From Schleiferiaceae bacterium (GTDB taxonomy: Bacteria; Bacteroidota; Bacteroidia; Flavobacteriales; Schleiferiaceae), in assembly GCA_049611965.1 (NCBI GenBank), contig JBMZBC010000002.1, positions 28,473-92,472 on the forward strand: a stretch of DNA of 64,000 nucleotides, read 5' to 3'. A model generated the notes under the pieces. It ran no database searches, was not told the origin of the DNA, and saw only the letters and a program-made list of their open reading frames with translations. Below, one piece after another: positions 48,459 to 57,796 of this stretch. The position numbers and the translations under genes are program-made. The first letter of the stretch is position 1, and the number at the start of each line of letters is the position of its first letter.

Positions 48459-51400
48459 CTAATAGATTATGTGCAGGACGCCATCCTCGGTAATGTCGCC
48501 ACAGCGGTTGGTTGCTTTGAGTTGGTAAAAGTACACACCCGGGGCGAGAATCTTCTCGTCGTAATCGGCACCCCACTCAAAAGAAATTACCGTGGTTTCA
48601 AATACCTTAACGCCCCAACGGTTGTGGACAATAAGGTGGAAATCGTCCCAATTCTCGCTCGTATTCACCAAAAACGCATCGTTGATGCCGTCGTTATTTG
48701 GCGTAACAAAGTTGGGTACGGTGAATGCCTCTCCGGCAAAATAGACATCAAAGCTTTCGGTGAGTGTATCGCTGGTTCCACAAATGCTGTCGTACCCGAC
48801 AATACTGATGTCGTAGATGCCGCTCTGCGAAATCTGTAAAGGATTTGAATTTCCCGCCACCTGACCGTCGACGAGCCATTCAAAACCTTGGTAAGTAGCG
48901 TTTAAAATGGCATTGAAATCTACCGTTTCGCGCGTTTCACATTCCTCCAAGGAAGTATTGATCTGCATGAAAGGCGGTATCCGGAACACGAGGGTATCCT
49001 CAAAGAGTTGCGTGATGTTACAATTCGTGTCTAGCACATTTAGGCTTACCGGATTGGCACCGGGTACTGGCATGTTGAATTGGACCTGAGCGGAAGAAAA
49101 ATTCACTCCGGCAAAATCCCATTCAAGCTCATAATCCGTTACAATGGAACTATCGCTGACCAAACGCGCAGTGGCCACCACTTGGCGGGAAGGGTCGCAA
49201 TAATCGTAACTGTAATCTATCCAAACGCTGTCATAGGCGGGATTCACTTGGAGGGTAAAGGTGGTTGTGTCCCAAGTATCACAAACGGTGTCTTGCCCGA
49301 TAACTTGGACATTGTAGGTGCCCGGCGTATCGTAGATGTGTGAGCTGATAAAACCCGTATCTAAGCTAATATTCCCGTCGTCCCAATCAATCGTATAGGC
49401 CTGAACATTGCTCGAGCTGTCGAGGATATTAAACGAATTTGGAATACAAAACACTGGAGGATCTGGGGTCAATTCCAAACGCGCATTTTGAATGTCCATA
49501 TCGATGACGGTCACCGCGAGGTTGCAATTTGTCGAGTTGTTGGTCGTCGAATAGGCCGTTGAAGGAAAGGCCGGATAGGCACTATTGCCTCCACAACCGG
49601 CACAGACACCTTGGTAGATACGTCCCTTTTTATCGAACCTTGAAGTTCCTCCGTCCACATGTTCTCTCGACGATGAACCATAGTAAGTGGCCAATCGGGC
49701 ACTCCTCCAACTAGGATCTAAAACCAAAAAATAGAAATCTCGTCCGTCCGTAGTCGTTCGCACCGCATTCGGTGTTACTGCAAGACCGTTGGTATTGCCT
49801 TCCGTATTTGGACTTCCACCCCACCCACTGAAGTATACATTTCCGCAGTCGTCCACCAAAAGTGCGGTTGGACTTAAATCCACTGTAGTATGAGAGCTGT
49901 CCCCAAAGACAAGTGTTCTATTATTTGTAAATGCGCCAGCGACACTATCAAAGCTGAATTCCATGAAATATTGTGCACTCCCGGGTTGTCCCCAAAAGTT
50001 GGTATCTGAAGCAAGAAGCCCGCCTTTGTGCTGGCCAACAACTGTGAATATTGTAGTTGTATCGCCCGGAGTATTCGGCTCAATGAAGAAGTGTTGGTTG
50101 TAGGCGGTATCTGTAGAGCTGTGGATGGCTTCAAGAATGGGCCCAGAATAATCTCGCAGATCTATGGCACCTAGAAGCGCACTATGATTACCTGAAGAAG
50201 TTAAAACTAGCGAATCTCCAACTGCTGACAAATAGCTATCCGACGAATTAATCGCACCTGCAACGAATACCCGAGAAGAGTTTTGTGTATTGCCCTCCTT
50301 CGAAGTCAATGACAAGCTGTACAAGGCCTCGTCCCCCTCGGTACCCACATAGGTGCTATAAAAAAGCGAATCCATGTTCCTGCTGAATACAGAAAGAACA
50401 CCGTCTAGTCCGCCTTGGTAATCTGTAGCACCGGGAGTTACTGGATACCCTGAAGAATCTGCCGTGGCTACTAAATACACCGGACCACCGCCGCGCTGCA
50501 CCTCGATCTCACCGCGGAAACTGTCTCCGTAATTAAAACGTAGGCTATCGTTAAAGCCTTCGTTATTCTCCCCACCAAGGAAGGTTGAGCCCAAAAGTTG
50601 GGTCCCATTTGCACTGATCGCACTAACGTACATATCAGAACCGTTCGCAAGAGTATAATATTCAGCAATGGCTGAATTCCCACCTCCAAAAGTGGTGTCG
50701 TTGGCATTTGCCGTTACCGCAAAATCTGAAGAACCCGTCAGGCCCATAACATAGAGGTTACCGTTCTCATCACAATCCATACTATGGGGCTGATCTAGAT
50801 TGTTCCCTCCGAGGTAGGCAGACCAAAGCAACTGTGAACCGTCTGCGCTGAATTTTGAAATCGCACCGTCAAAGAACCCGCCGTTATAACTGATATCATA
50901 GCTCCCTAAAACCACTGGATATCCCGTACCAAAGACAATCCCGCCGCCAAAAGCATTACCGTTGTCGTCAAAGGTCGCTGTGTACCCAAAATTGTCTGCC
51001 TGAGAACCGGAATACGTACTGAAGATGTAGATAGGGTCGATAGTAAGCGTTTGACTCTGGTCGTAAGCTCCGAGATTAATTCGAACCTCGTCCTTTCCTC
51101 TTTGGTAGCGCGCACGAACTTCTTCTCTTCCTTGATATGCGTAAGGCATCTCCTCTTCTAAAGTACCTATGGCCGTATGAATCTTCACTTTCTTAGGCAA
51201 TACTTCTAGCCCTTCAATACCCCCATACTCTTGAACAATCAGCGAAGGATCTGCGCCCGGATGAACGATCCAATCGTACTTCATACCGCCTGAAGCAGAA
51301 TAGACTTTTAAATCAATACCTGGATAAACGTCTTGTGCAATTATTCCATGAAAAGACGGCACACCGGTTCTCCACCGTGAGCGATGACCGAGATAGAAAT

Positions 51401-51710
51401 GATTCTTGTGATCAAAGGCCTCACCTCCTTTCCAATTCAACGGGTTTGCACCAGCAAACTTCAGAGAGAAATTGGCATAATGCAACGTATCCGAATAATG
51501 GTGCTTTTCAGGAGCACTATGGTTGTGTTGATCTCTCGGATCGAGGATGCTAAAAACGATGGAATCGCCAGTGAGAAATATGGCATTTGCACCGAAGCGA
51601 TACACAAATTTTGAAGGATCCTCCCACTGGCCGTCGTTGCGCACGAAACCCTGCTGGGCACTTAGCCCGAGGCTCCATAAAACTGCCGCGAAAAGAAGGA
51701 TTTTGCGCAT
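48459..51710 (-). CDS. large T9SS type-B CTD surface protein with beta-propeller (SBBP-like) repeats
   Basis: Signal peptide, repeated ...GGxxxDxxxxxxxDxxGNxYxxGxTxSxDFP-like units, Ig/PKD-like modules, and a C-terminus VPNFVTPNNDGINDAFLV...HNRWG...GVYFYQL. Confidence 0.85.
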   Translation of the reverse strand: MRKILLFAAVLWSLGLSAQQGFVRNDGQWEDPSKFVYRFGANAIFLTGDSIVFSILDPRDQHNHSAPEKHHYSDTLHYANFSLKFAGANPLNWKGGEAFDHKNHFYLGHRSRWRTGVPSFHGIIAQDVYPGIDLKVYSASGGMKYDWIVHPGADPSLIVQEYGGIEGLEVLPKKVKIHTAIGTLEEEMPYAYQGREEVRARYQRGKDEVRINLGAYDQSQTLTIDPIYIFSTYSGSQADNFGYTATFDDNGNAFGGGIVFGTGYPVVLGSYDISYNGGFFDGAISKFSADGSQLLWSAYLGGNNLDQPHSMDCDENGNLYVMGLTGSSDFAVTANANDTTFGGGNSAIAEYYTLANGSDMYVSAISANGTQLLGSTFLGGENNEGFNDSLRFNYGDSFRGEIEVQRGGGPVYLVATADSSGYPVTPGATDYQGGLDGVLSVFSRNMDSLFYSTYVGTEGDEALYSLSLTSKEGNTQNSSRVFVAGAINSSDSYLSAVGDSLVLTSSGNHSALLGAIDLRDYSGPILEAIHSSTDTAYNQHFFIEPNTPGDTTTIFTVVGQHKGGLLASDTNFWGQPGSAQYFMEFSFDSVAGAFTNNRTLVFGDSSHTTVDLSPTALLVDDCGNVYFSGWGGSPNTEGNTNGLAVTPNAVRTTTDGRDFYFLVLDPSWRSARLATYYGSSSREHVDGGTSRFDKKGRIYQGVCAGCGGNSAYPAFPSTAYSTTNNSTNCNLAVTVIDMDIQNARLELTPDPPVFCIPNSFNILDSSSNVQAYTIDWDDGNISLDTGFISSHIYDTPGTYNVQVIGQDTVCDTWDTTTFTLQVNPAYDSVWIDYSYDYCDPSRQVVATARLVSDSSIVTDYELEWDFAGVNFSSAQVQFNMPVPGANPVSLNVLDTNCNITQLFEDTLVFRIPPFMQINTSLEECETRETVDFNAILNATYQGFEWLVDGQVAGNSNPLQISQSGIYDISIVGYDSICGTSDTLTESFDVYFAGEAFTVPNFVTPNNDGINDAFLVNTSENWDDFHLIVHNRWGVKVFETTVISFEWGADYDEKILAPGVYFYQLKATNRCGDITEDGVLHIIY

Positions 51711-51777
51711 AACTCAATATACTCACAATTTAACCCCTGAAGGGCCATTTTGTGCACTGAGTATGCGCGTTTGCTAA

Positions 51778-52884
51778 TTAATATTCATCAGCATTGGCAC
51801 TTTCGCCCTGCTGCATGAGGAATGCTTTGAGAAATCGATCGATGTTTCCATTCATCACCCCATCTACATCCGAGGTCTCTTCGGCAGTACGGACGTCCTT
51901 TACTAGCTTATATGGGTGCATCACATAATTGCGAATCTGCGAGCCCCATTCGATCTTCTTCTTACCCGCCTCAATCTCTGCACGCTTGGCATTGCGCGCC
52001 TCAATCTCCATCTCGTACAATTGGGATTTCAAAAGCTGAATGGCCTTCTCCTTATTCCCCAACTGAGAACGGGTTTCCGTATTCTCGATGATAATTCCAG
52101 TAGGCTTGTGGCGCAGACGCACCCCAGTTTCTACTTTGTTTACGTTCTGACCACCGGCACCTGAACTACGGAAGGTATCCCATTCGATATCACTCATGTT
52201 AATTTGAATATCAATGGTATCGTCTACCAACGGGAACACATACACCGAAACAAAGGACGTATGGCGCTTGGCATTCGAATCGAACGGGGAAATACGCACT
52301 AATCGATGTACCCCATTTTCGCCTTTCAAGAAACCAAAGGCATAATCGCCATCAATCTCAATGGTCACTGTTTTAATACCGGCAACATCACCTTCTTGAA
52401 GGACCAATTCTTTCGTCTTGAACCCCTGCTTCTCAGCATACATCAAATACATACGCATCAACATGCTTGCCCAATCACAGCTCTCCGTGCCACCGGCACC
52501 CGCTGTAATCTGCAACACCGCGCTCAGCTTATCTTCCTCACCGCTCAGCATGTTCTTAAACTCAAGCTCCTCTATCCAATCCTCACATTCACTGTAGGCC
52601 GATTGGACATCGCTCTCCTCAAGTTCACCTTCCTTGTAGAATTCTAGGCTTAGCTCTGCCTCGCCAAAAAGGGTTTCTGCCTTTTCGTAACCTTCTACCC
52701 AGTACTTCACACCGCGCAGGGCCTTCATGGTTTTCTCAGCCTCCTTGGGATCGTTCCAAAATTCAGGAGAGGCAGTCTTCTCCTCTTCATTGATAATGTG
52801 AATGCGCTTCTGCTCGAGGTTTAAATAACTCTTCAATCGCTCGAGGCGCTCACCCAAAGATTTAATTTGTTCAGCTGTTACCAT
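51778..52884 (-). CDS. prfB: peptide chain release factor 2 (single uninterrupted frame)
   Basis: SPF tripeptide (RISPFDS) and GGQ ([10 protein letters not shown]). There is no in-frame stop or CUU-UGA shift site at the usual position (...[10 protein letters not shown]...). Confidence 0.95.
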   Translation of the reverse strand: MVTAEQIKSLGERLERLKSYLNLEQKRIHIINEEEKTASPEFWNDPKEAEKTMKALRGVKYWVEGYEKAETLFGEAELSLEFYKEGELEESDVQSAYSECEDWIEELEFKNMLSGEEDKLSAVLQITAGAGGTESCDWASMLMRMYLMYAEKQGFKTKELVLQEGDVAGIKTVTIEIDGDYAFGFLKGENGVHRLVRISPFDSNAKRHTSFVSVYVFPLVDDTIDIQINMSDIEWDTFRSSGAGGQNVNKVETGVRLRHKPTGIIIENTETRSQLGNKEKAIQLLKSQLYEMEIEARNAKRAEIEAGKKKIEWGSQIRNYVMHPYKLVKDVRTAEETSDVDGVMNGNIDRFLKAFLMQQGESANADEY

Positions 52885-52891
52885 AGGCGAG

Positions 52892-52899
52892 CAAAGTTA
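52892..52899 (-). promoter_or_regulatory. candidate -7 box TAACTTTG for prfB
   Basis: Exact TAnnTTTG on the minus strand, ending 7 nt before ATG 52884. Confidence 0.35.
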
Positions 52900-52943
52900 A
52901 GCATCACTTGCTATCTTCACGAAGATTATAAAGTACTGCTCCA

Positions 52944-53963
52944 ATGTTGAAAATCGACCTCCGTAGCGACACCGTCACTCGCCCTAGCCAGGCCATGTTA
53001 AATGCGATGATTAGCAGCCCTGTAGGCGACGATGTTTGGGGCGATGACCCAACTATCTTGAAGCTTGAGACCATGGTCGCTGAACGATTCGGCACTGAAA
53101 AAGCACTTTTTTGTGTGAGCGGTACACAGGCGAATCAGATCGCACTGATGTCACATTTAAGCCCCGGCGACGAAGTCATCTGTCATCCTTATGCCCACAT
53201 CTACAACTACGAGGGCGGTGGTATTGCCGCTAACGCGCATGCTTCTGTCACATTTACTGGTGACAATCGCGGTATCATGCATCCCGAAGGTGTACTTAAC
53301 TGCATCAAAGCTGACGATGTCCATTACCCGAAATCGCGTATACTCGCACTAGAAAACACCTCCAATAAAGGCGGCGGAACGTGCTACGAATGGGAAGAAA
53401 TTGAGGCGCTTAGAGCAGTAGCCTCGAAACATGGGCTGACCTTCCACCTCGATGGTGCACGTCTTTACAACGCCCTTGTCGCCAAAAATCAAAGTGAAAG
53501 CGATTACGGCACCGCATTCGATTCCATTTCCATCTGTCTCTCCAAAGGTCTTGGTGCACCAGTGGGCTCTGTCCTTCTCGGTAGTGAAGAATTCATTCAC
53601 CACAGCCGTAGAATACGCAAACGTATAGGCGGTGGCTGGCGACAGGCAGGCCTTTTGGCCGGTGCTGCTATTTATGCACTAGAAAATAACGTGGACCGCT
53701 TGGCCGATGACCACGCTGCTGCCAAGGACATGGCTGAATTTTTAGGCCAGCAATCTTGGGTGAAAAATGTAGTAGCCCCAGAAACCAACATCTTGATCTT
53801 TGGATTGAACGAGGATATGGACCAGGAAGCATTCATAGCCGCCTTGGCGGAAAAGGGAATTGGCATCAGCCAAATGGGCCCGGGTAAATGCCGCATGGTC
53901 TTCCACCTCGATATCACCCCAGAACACATCAAAGAAGTGAAATCTGTATTGGCAGCACTTTGA
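52944..53963 (+). CDS. ltaE: low-specificity L-threonine aldolase
   Basis: DLRSDTVTRPS N-terminus and a PLP-lysine region (CLSKGLGAPVGS). Confidence 0.9.
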   Translation: MLKIDLRSDTVTRPSQAMLNAMISSPVGDDVWGDDPTILKLETMVAERFGTEKALFCVSGTQANQIALMSHLSPGDEVICHPYAHIYNYEGGGIAANAHASVTFTGDNRGIMHPEGVLNCIKADDVHYPKSRILALENTSNKGGGTCYEWEEIEALRAVASKHGLTFHLDGARLYNALVAKNQSESDYGTAFDSISICLSKGLGAPVGSVLLGSEEFIHHSRRIRKRIGGGWRQAGLLAGAAIYALENNVDRLADDHAAAKDMAEFLGQQSWVKNVVAPETNILIFGLNEDMDQEAFIAALAEKGIGISQMGPGKCRMVFHLDITPEHIKEVKSVLAAL

Positions 53964-54127
53964 CACGAACTAAAAACTGCCCCAACTGCAAGGAGGACTA
54001 TTCGGTGATGTTCAGGGTACAATACAAACCAGCTGATAAAACGTGGTATTTTCTCTGCGAGTCGTGCCTTTTAGAAGTTAAACCAGGAAACAGCCACTAC
54101 CGCTACGGCGGCACTTGGAAGGGTTAA
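53960..54127 (+). CDS. small zinc-ribbon-like protein (hypothetical, 55 aa)
   Basis: A TTG start overlapping the ltaE stop keeps both Cys pairs (CPNC ... CESC). The ORF-track upstream extension lies inside ltaE. Confidence 0.45.
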   Translation: MTRTKNCPNCKEDYSVMFRVQYKPADKTWYFLCESCLLEVKPGNSHYRYGGTWKG

Positions 54128-54141
54128 TTCTTTGACTAGAA

Positions 54142-54744
54142 TTAATGATTTCTTTTGGTAATTAGTGGGGCTTGGCGTCCTCTGTAAATGGACCGCAGTT
54201 CAAACAAGGCAAAACAGACTAATTCCTCATCGATATCCGACTCGAAATAATCTAGAGTGATAGTAGTCTTAAAAATGCTTCGATCTAAACTTATAGTCAG
54301 TACTACCTTCTCACTAGATTCACTTACAAGCGAATAGCTGCTCGGACGAATTTGAGGCAAAATCACCGCTTCTTCGAGCTGTTTTAAATAATACGATTCA
54401 TTTCTATTTTTTAGCCGGAGGGAATAACGACCCCACCAAAAAGATCTTCGCATTGAACCGCCTGCACCCCATTGCCAAGTTATTTCTCCAGTATGAATAT
54501 CATCTTTGTATAGATTTATTTGTGTACTAAAAAAATTCAGTGCTTTCATTGAACCTTTAACCTCACCGCATTCATAGGCAATCCTATCACTGTACCAAGG
54601 AGTTTGTTGCGCTTTAATGATCACTTGATTATCCCTGATTACTTTAAATCCAACTGGATAGCTTTCTACGGTTAAAGTCATTACGATTGTATTTGAAGAA
54701 AGTTTGTACCAATCACTAATGACCTGTACCTCACTAAGGTACAC
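54142..54744 (-). CDS. hypothetical 200-aa protein, AT-rich orphan
   Basis: GTG start preceded by AAAGGAG. I see no signal peptide or TM segment. The sequence is Trp/Tyr-rich and beta-type, and I recognise no family. Confidence 0.6.
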   Translation of the reverse strand: MYLSEVQVISDWYKLSSNTIVMTLTVESYPVGFKVIRDNQVIIKAQQTPWYSDRIAYECGEVKGSMKALNFFSTQINLYKDDIHTGEITWQWGAGGSMRRSFWWGRYSLRLKNRNESYYLKQLEEAVILPQIRPSSYSLVSESSEKVVLTISLDRSIFKTTITLDYFESDIDEELVCFALFELRSIYRGRQAPLITKRNH

Positions 54745-54758
54745 TTTTATTGACTCCT

Positions 54759-55208
54759 TTAATCTAAACTTCTGTCTTGTAATACAGTATCATACGCCCT
54801 ATGAATCGTCTCAAAAGAATACCCGCGGCGTTGCATGGCAGCCGTTAGTTGTTCCTTGGTCTTAGAGCTGAACCAACGATCCGTTAGATACATGGCGTTC
54901 TTTTCTATGAGGTCAGGGTCAATTTGATTTAAAATCCGGTCAATGGTTACTCTAGGAATGCGGTGTTCTTGCAATCCCATTCTTATTCGCTTAGGAGCCC
55001 AATGCTTTTGATTGAGTTTTCCTGCAGTAAATGCCTCAGCAAAACGGTATTCATCTAAGAAGTTTTCTTCCATCAAGGTGGCAATAACTTCTTCGTGACG
55101 TTCCTTGGGAAGTTTTATCAAACCGAGCTTGCGCTTAACCTCAAAAGGGCTGCGTTCTTGGTAAGCGCAATAATGCTGCAGTTTCTGTAATGCTTCTGAG
55201 GTTGTCAT
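54759..55208 (-). CDS. recX: RecA regulator RecX
   Basis: LQHYCAYQERSPFEVKRKL and three-helix repeat organisation, 149 aa. Confidence 0.85.
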   Translation of the reverse strand: MTTSEALQKLQHYCAYQERSPFEVKRKLGLIKLPKERHEEVIATLMEENFLDEYRFAEAFTAGKLNQKHWAPKRIRMGLQEHRIPRVTIDRILNQIDPDLIEKNAMYLTDRWFSSKTKEQLTAAMQRRGYSFETIHRAYDTVLQDRSLD

Positions 55209-55223
55209 GGTCCAATTTTAACG

Positions 55224-55263
55224 AAAAAACCCCGAGGCTCGCATGCGAGCCTCGGGGTTTTCT
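55224..55263 (-). terminator. rho-independent terminator after rng
   Basis: Perfect palindrome AACCCCGAGGCTCGC-at-GCGAGCCTCGGGGTT flanked by A and T runs. Confidence 0.8.
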
Positions 55264-55280
55264 TTACACTGTTTCTCTCG

Positions 55281-56801
55281 TTAGATACGATTGTTATCCT
55301 TATCCAAAAGCTTCCATTCAAGCATTGTAAAGGCGTCCCTAGGAACAACAACGATCTTTTTCTTGAATCGTTTCTGCCAATCCTTTTTAACACTCTTCAA
55401 AATACCCTTGGTTAGATAGGCCTCAATAAATGGATGAACATGCACAAAAATCTCTTTCTGCTTCTTACCGCTAATCTTACTAGCGATAGTGTCAATCAGC
55501 TGAATAGGTGCTTCCACCAAATTATCTGGGTTCTCCTCACGAGTAGTAATGTTCGTCTCAGGACGCACACGCTGACGGGTCAATTCCATCAATCCAAATC
55601 TCGAGATTGGCAGAATCTTGTGACGAGCGCGATCGCGCTTCATTTCATCGCGCATCTTTTCATAGACCGCGCGGCGATTCTCGGCACTGTTCATATCGAT
55701 AAAATCGATAACTACAATACCTCCCATATCTCTCAACCTCAACTGACGAGCTACCTCTTCAGCAGCGAGCAAGTTCACTTGTAAAGCATTCGCTTCCTGA
55801 TTCTCTGCCGTATTCGTACGATTCCCAGAGTTCACATCTACCACGTGCATGGCTTCTGTATGCTCGATTATCAAATACGCGCCTTTAGGCATGCTCACTG
55901 AGCGGCCAAAGGCTCCTTTAATCTGACGATCAACATTGGCGAACTGGAACAACGGCATCTGACCGTTGTAATACTTTACCATTTTTGATGCACCTGGCTT
56001 GATGGCCTCTAAGTACTCCTTAACCTCGTCAAAAAGTTCTTGGTGATCAATAGTGATACCTGTAAAGTTGTCGTTGAATACATCGCGCAAGAATGCACTC
56101 GCACGATTCATCTCGCGGAAAATACGTACTGGCTTATTTGTCCTCTTCACGCCTCTGTGGAGCGTTTTCCACTTGCGTATCAATGAATCTAAATCTGCCT
56201 GTAGGTCTTCCGCGGTCTGTCCTTTTGCGACAGTACGTATAATTACACCAAAGCCTTTTGGCTTGATGCCTCTGACCAATTTTTTCAGCCTATCCTTTTC
56301 TTCACGTTCGCGAATCTTTTGACTCACACTAACGCGATTAGAAAAAGGAACTAGAACTACAAATCGACCGGCAATACTAAGCTCTGCAGTGATACGAGGC
56401 CCCTTCGTTGAGATGGGCTCTTTCGTAATCTGAACAAGGATTTGATCACCCTGCTTTAAAACATCCCCAATATTTCCTTCCTTCTCAATATTAGGAGAGG
56501 TTTGGAAGTTTGAGATATTCGCTTGCTGTTTGCCTTTAAGAGTCTTACGCAAGTAACTCTGCCAGGAATTTATCTGCGGCCCGAGGTCGTGGTAGTGCAA
56601 AAATGCATCTTTCTCATAACCAACGTCTACGAAGGCAGCGTTTAGGCCAGTGGCCAATTTTTTGACAGTCCCTAAATAGACATCGCCAACGGAGAAGCTA
56701 TCGTCCCCTTTTTCCTTAATGAGCTCTTGTAATCTCCCGTCTTCAAGTAGTGCTATATCAGCACGGTCAGAACTAGCACTAATGACTAATTCTGTTTTCA
56801 T
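55281..56801 (-). CDS. rng: Rne/Rng-family ribonuclease (RNase G-like)
   Basis: S1 domain (GDVYLGTVKKLATGLNAAFVDVG), a DNase I-like catalytic region (VVIDFIDM), about 506 aa with no long RNase E tail. Confidence 0.92.
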   Translation of the reverse strand: MKTELVISASSDRADIALLEDGRLQELIKEKGDDSFSVGDVYLGTVKKLATGLNAAFVDVGYEKDAFLHYHDLGPQINSWQSYLRKTLKGKQQANISNFQTSPNIEKEGNIGDVLKQGDQILVQITKEPISTKGPRITAELSIAGRFVVLVPFSNRVSVSQKIREREEKDRLKKLVRGIKPKGFGVIIRTVAKGQTAEDLQADLDSLIRKWKTLHRGVKRTNKPVRIFREMNRASAFLRDVFNDNFTGITIDHQELFDEVKEYLEAIKPGASKMVKYYNGQMPLFQFANVDRQIKGAFGRSVSMPKGAYLIIEHTEAMHVVDVNSGNRTNTAENQEANALQVNLLAAEEVARQLRLRDMGGIVVIDFIDMNSAENRRAVYEKMRDEMKRDRARHKILPISRFGLMELTRQRVRPETNITTREENPDNLVEAPIQLIDTIASKISGKKQKEIFVHVHPFIEAYLTKGILKSVKKDWQKRFKKKIVVVPRDAFTMLEWKLLDKDNNRI

Positions 56802-56812
56802 ACACTAGAAGT

Positions 56813-56902
56813 TTATTTCTTCTTGTGACGATTCTTTCTTAGACGCTTCTTACGCTTGTGCGTAGCAATCTTATGTCTTTTACGTTTTTTACCGCTTGGC
56901 AT
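56813..56902 (-). CDS. 29-aa Lys/Arg-rich mini-protein, bS22-like (AURKAIP1/COX24-type) candidate ribosomal protein
   Basis: Hand translation of the minus strand gives MPSGKKRKRHKIATHKRKKRLRKNRHKKK*. It has an ATG start and lies between the TPR gene and rng on the same strand. It is below the ORF-track length cutoff. Confidence 0.6.
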   Translation of the reverse strand: MPSGKKRKRHKIATHKRKKRLRKNRHKKK

Positions 56903-56928
56903 AATGCAAAGTTTTAAAGTTATTAATT

Positions 56929-57393
56929 CTATAAACCCTCTGCGAGATCTTTAACGCGATCCGCATTGGGGTATGTGTTTATGTACTCGTTTGCCACCTC
57001 TAGGGCCTTAGTCGTATCTCCAGTTTGAAGCAAAGCCTGTGCTTTGTTCAAAGTATACATCTGGTTTTCTGGGTGGAGCTGACTGAGCTGGTGGAAGCGA
57101 TCCACAGCTTTGTCCCACTGACCACTCATCATAGAAAAGTTTCCAAGCCACATCAAAGCTTTTTCGTGATTAGGATCTTCACGAAGTACGTCCAATAGCA
57201 TACCAATGGCTGCCATGGGTGCACCTTCTCCGCTTTGAATAATAGCTACGGCTTCATCCACTTTAACATCCAAAGCACTTACCTCCTCACTTTCTTCTGC
57301 TACAGGCTCCAGATACGGGGTCCTCGGAAGATTGAAGATGGCTACTGCAGCGATAACGGCTACAGCAAATGCTATGTATGTATTGCGTGACAA
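56929..57393 (-). CDS. membrane-anchored TPR-repeat protein
   Basis: N-terminal TM (IAFAVAVIAAVAIF) followed by TPR-like helices. TTG start 1 nt after the HU stop. Confidence 0.7.
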   Translation of the reverse strand: MSRNTYIAFAVAVIAAVAIFNLPRTPYLEPVAEESEEVSALDVKVDEAVAIIQSGEGAPMAAIGMLLDVLREDPNHEKALMWLGNFSMMSGQWDKAVDRFHQLSQLHPENQMYTLNKAQALLQTGDTTKALEVANEYINTYPNADRVKDLAEGL

Positions 57394-57394
57394 A

Positions 57395-57688
57395 TTACCC
57401 TTCTACTGAAACGTTTTCTTTTACGCCTTCAACGAACACTTTCGCAGGCTTAAATGCTGGGATGTAATGAGCTGGAATAACGATGGTAGTATTCTTAGAG
57501 ATGTTTCTACCTGTCTTTTGAGCGCGCTTCTTAACAATAAAAGAACCGAACCCACGCAAGTAAACATTGTTACCGTCTTCGAGGCTGTGTTTGATTTCTT
57601 TCATGAAGCTCTCTACAACTGCTTGAACTTCACCTCTCTCCATTCCTGTTTTGTCAGAAATTTTAGTAACGATATCCGCTTTAGTCAT
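57395..57688 (-). CDS. hup: HU-family DNA-binding protein
   Basis: MTKADIV...RGFGSF.VKKRA.KTGRN...IPA..IP.FKP, the typical HU/IHF signature. Confidence 0.93.
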   Translation of the reverse strand: MTKADIVTKISDKTGMERGEVQAVVESFMKEIKHSLEDGNNVYLRGFGSFIVKKRAQKTGRNISKNTTIVIPAHYIPAFKPAKVFVEGVKENVSVEG

Positions 57689-57732
57689 TTACTCTGTATT
57701 TTTAGGTCTATCCGACCGGTTATTGAGGGGCG

Positions 57733-57740
57733 CAAATATA
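57733..57740 (-). promoter_or_regulatory. candidate -7 box TATATTTG for HU-TPR-miniORF-rng operon
   Basis: Exact TAnnTTTG on the minus strand, 44 nt upstream of ATG 57688. Confidence 0.45.
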
Positions 57741-57796
57741 AAGCTATTCTCCTTATTTACAGCTTGTAATAAATAAAAAAATCACACTAGGTAAGA

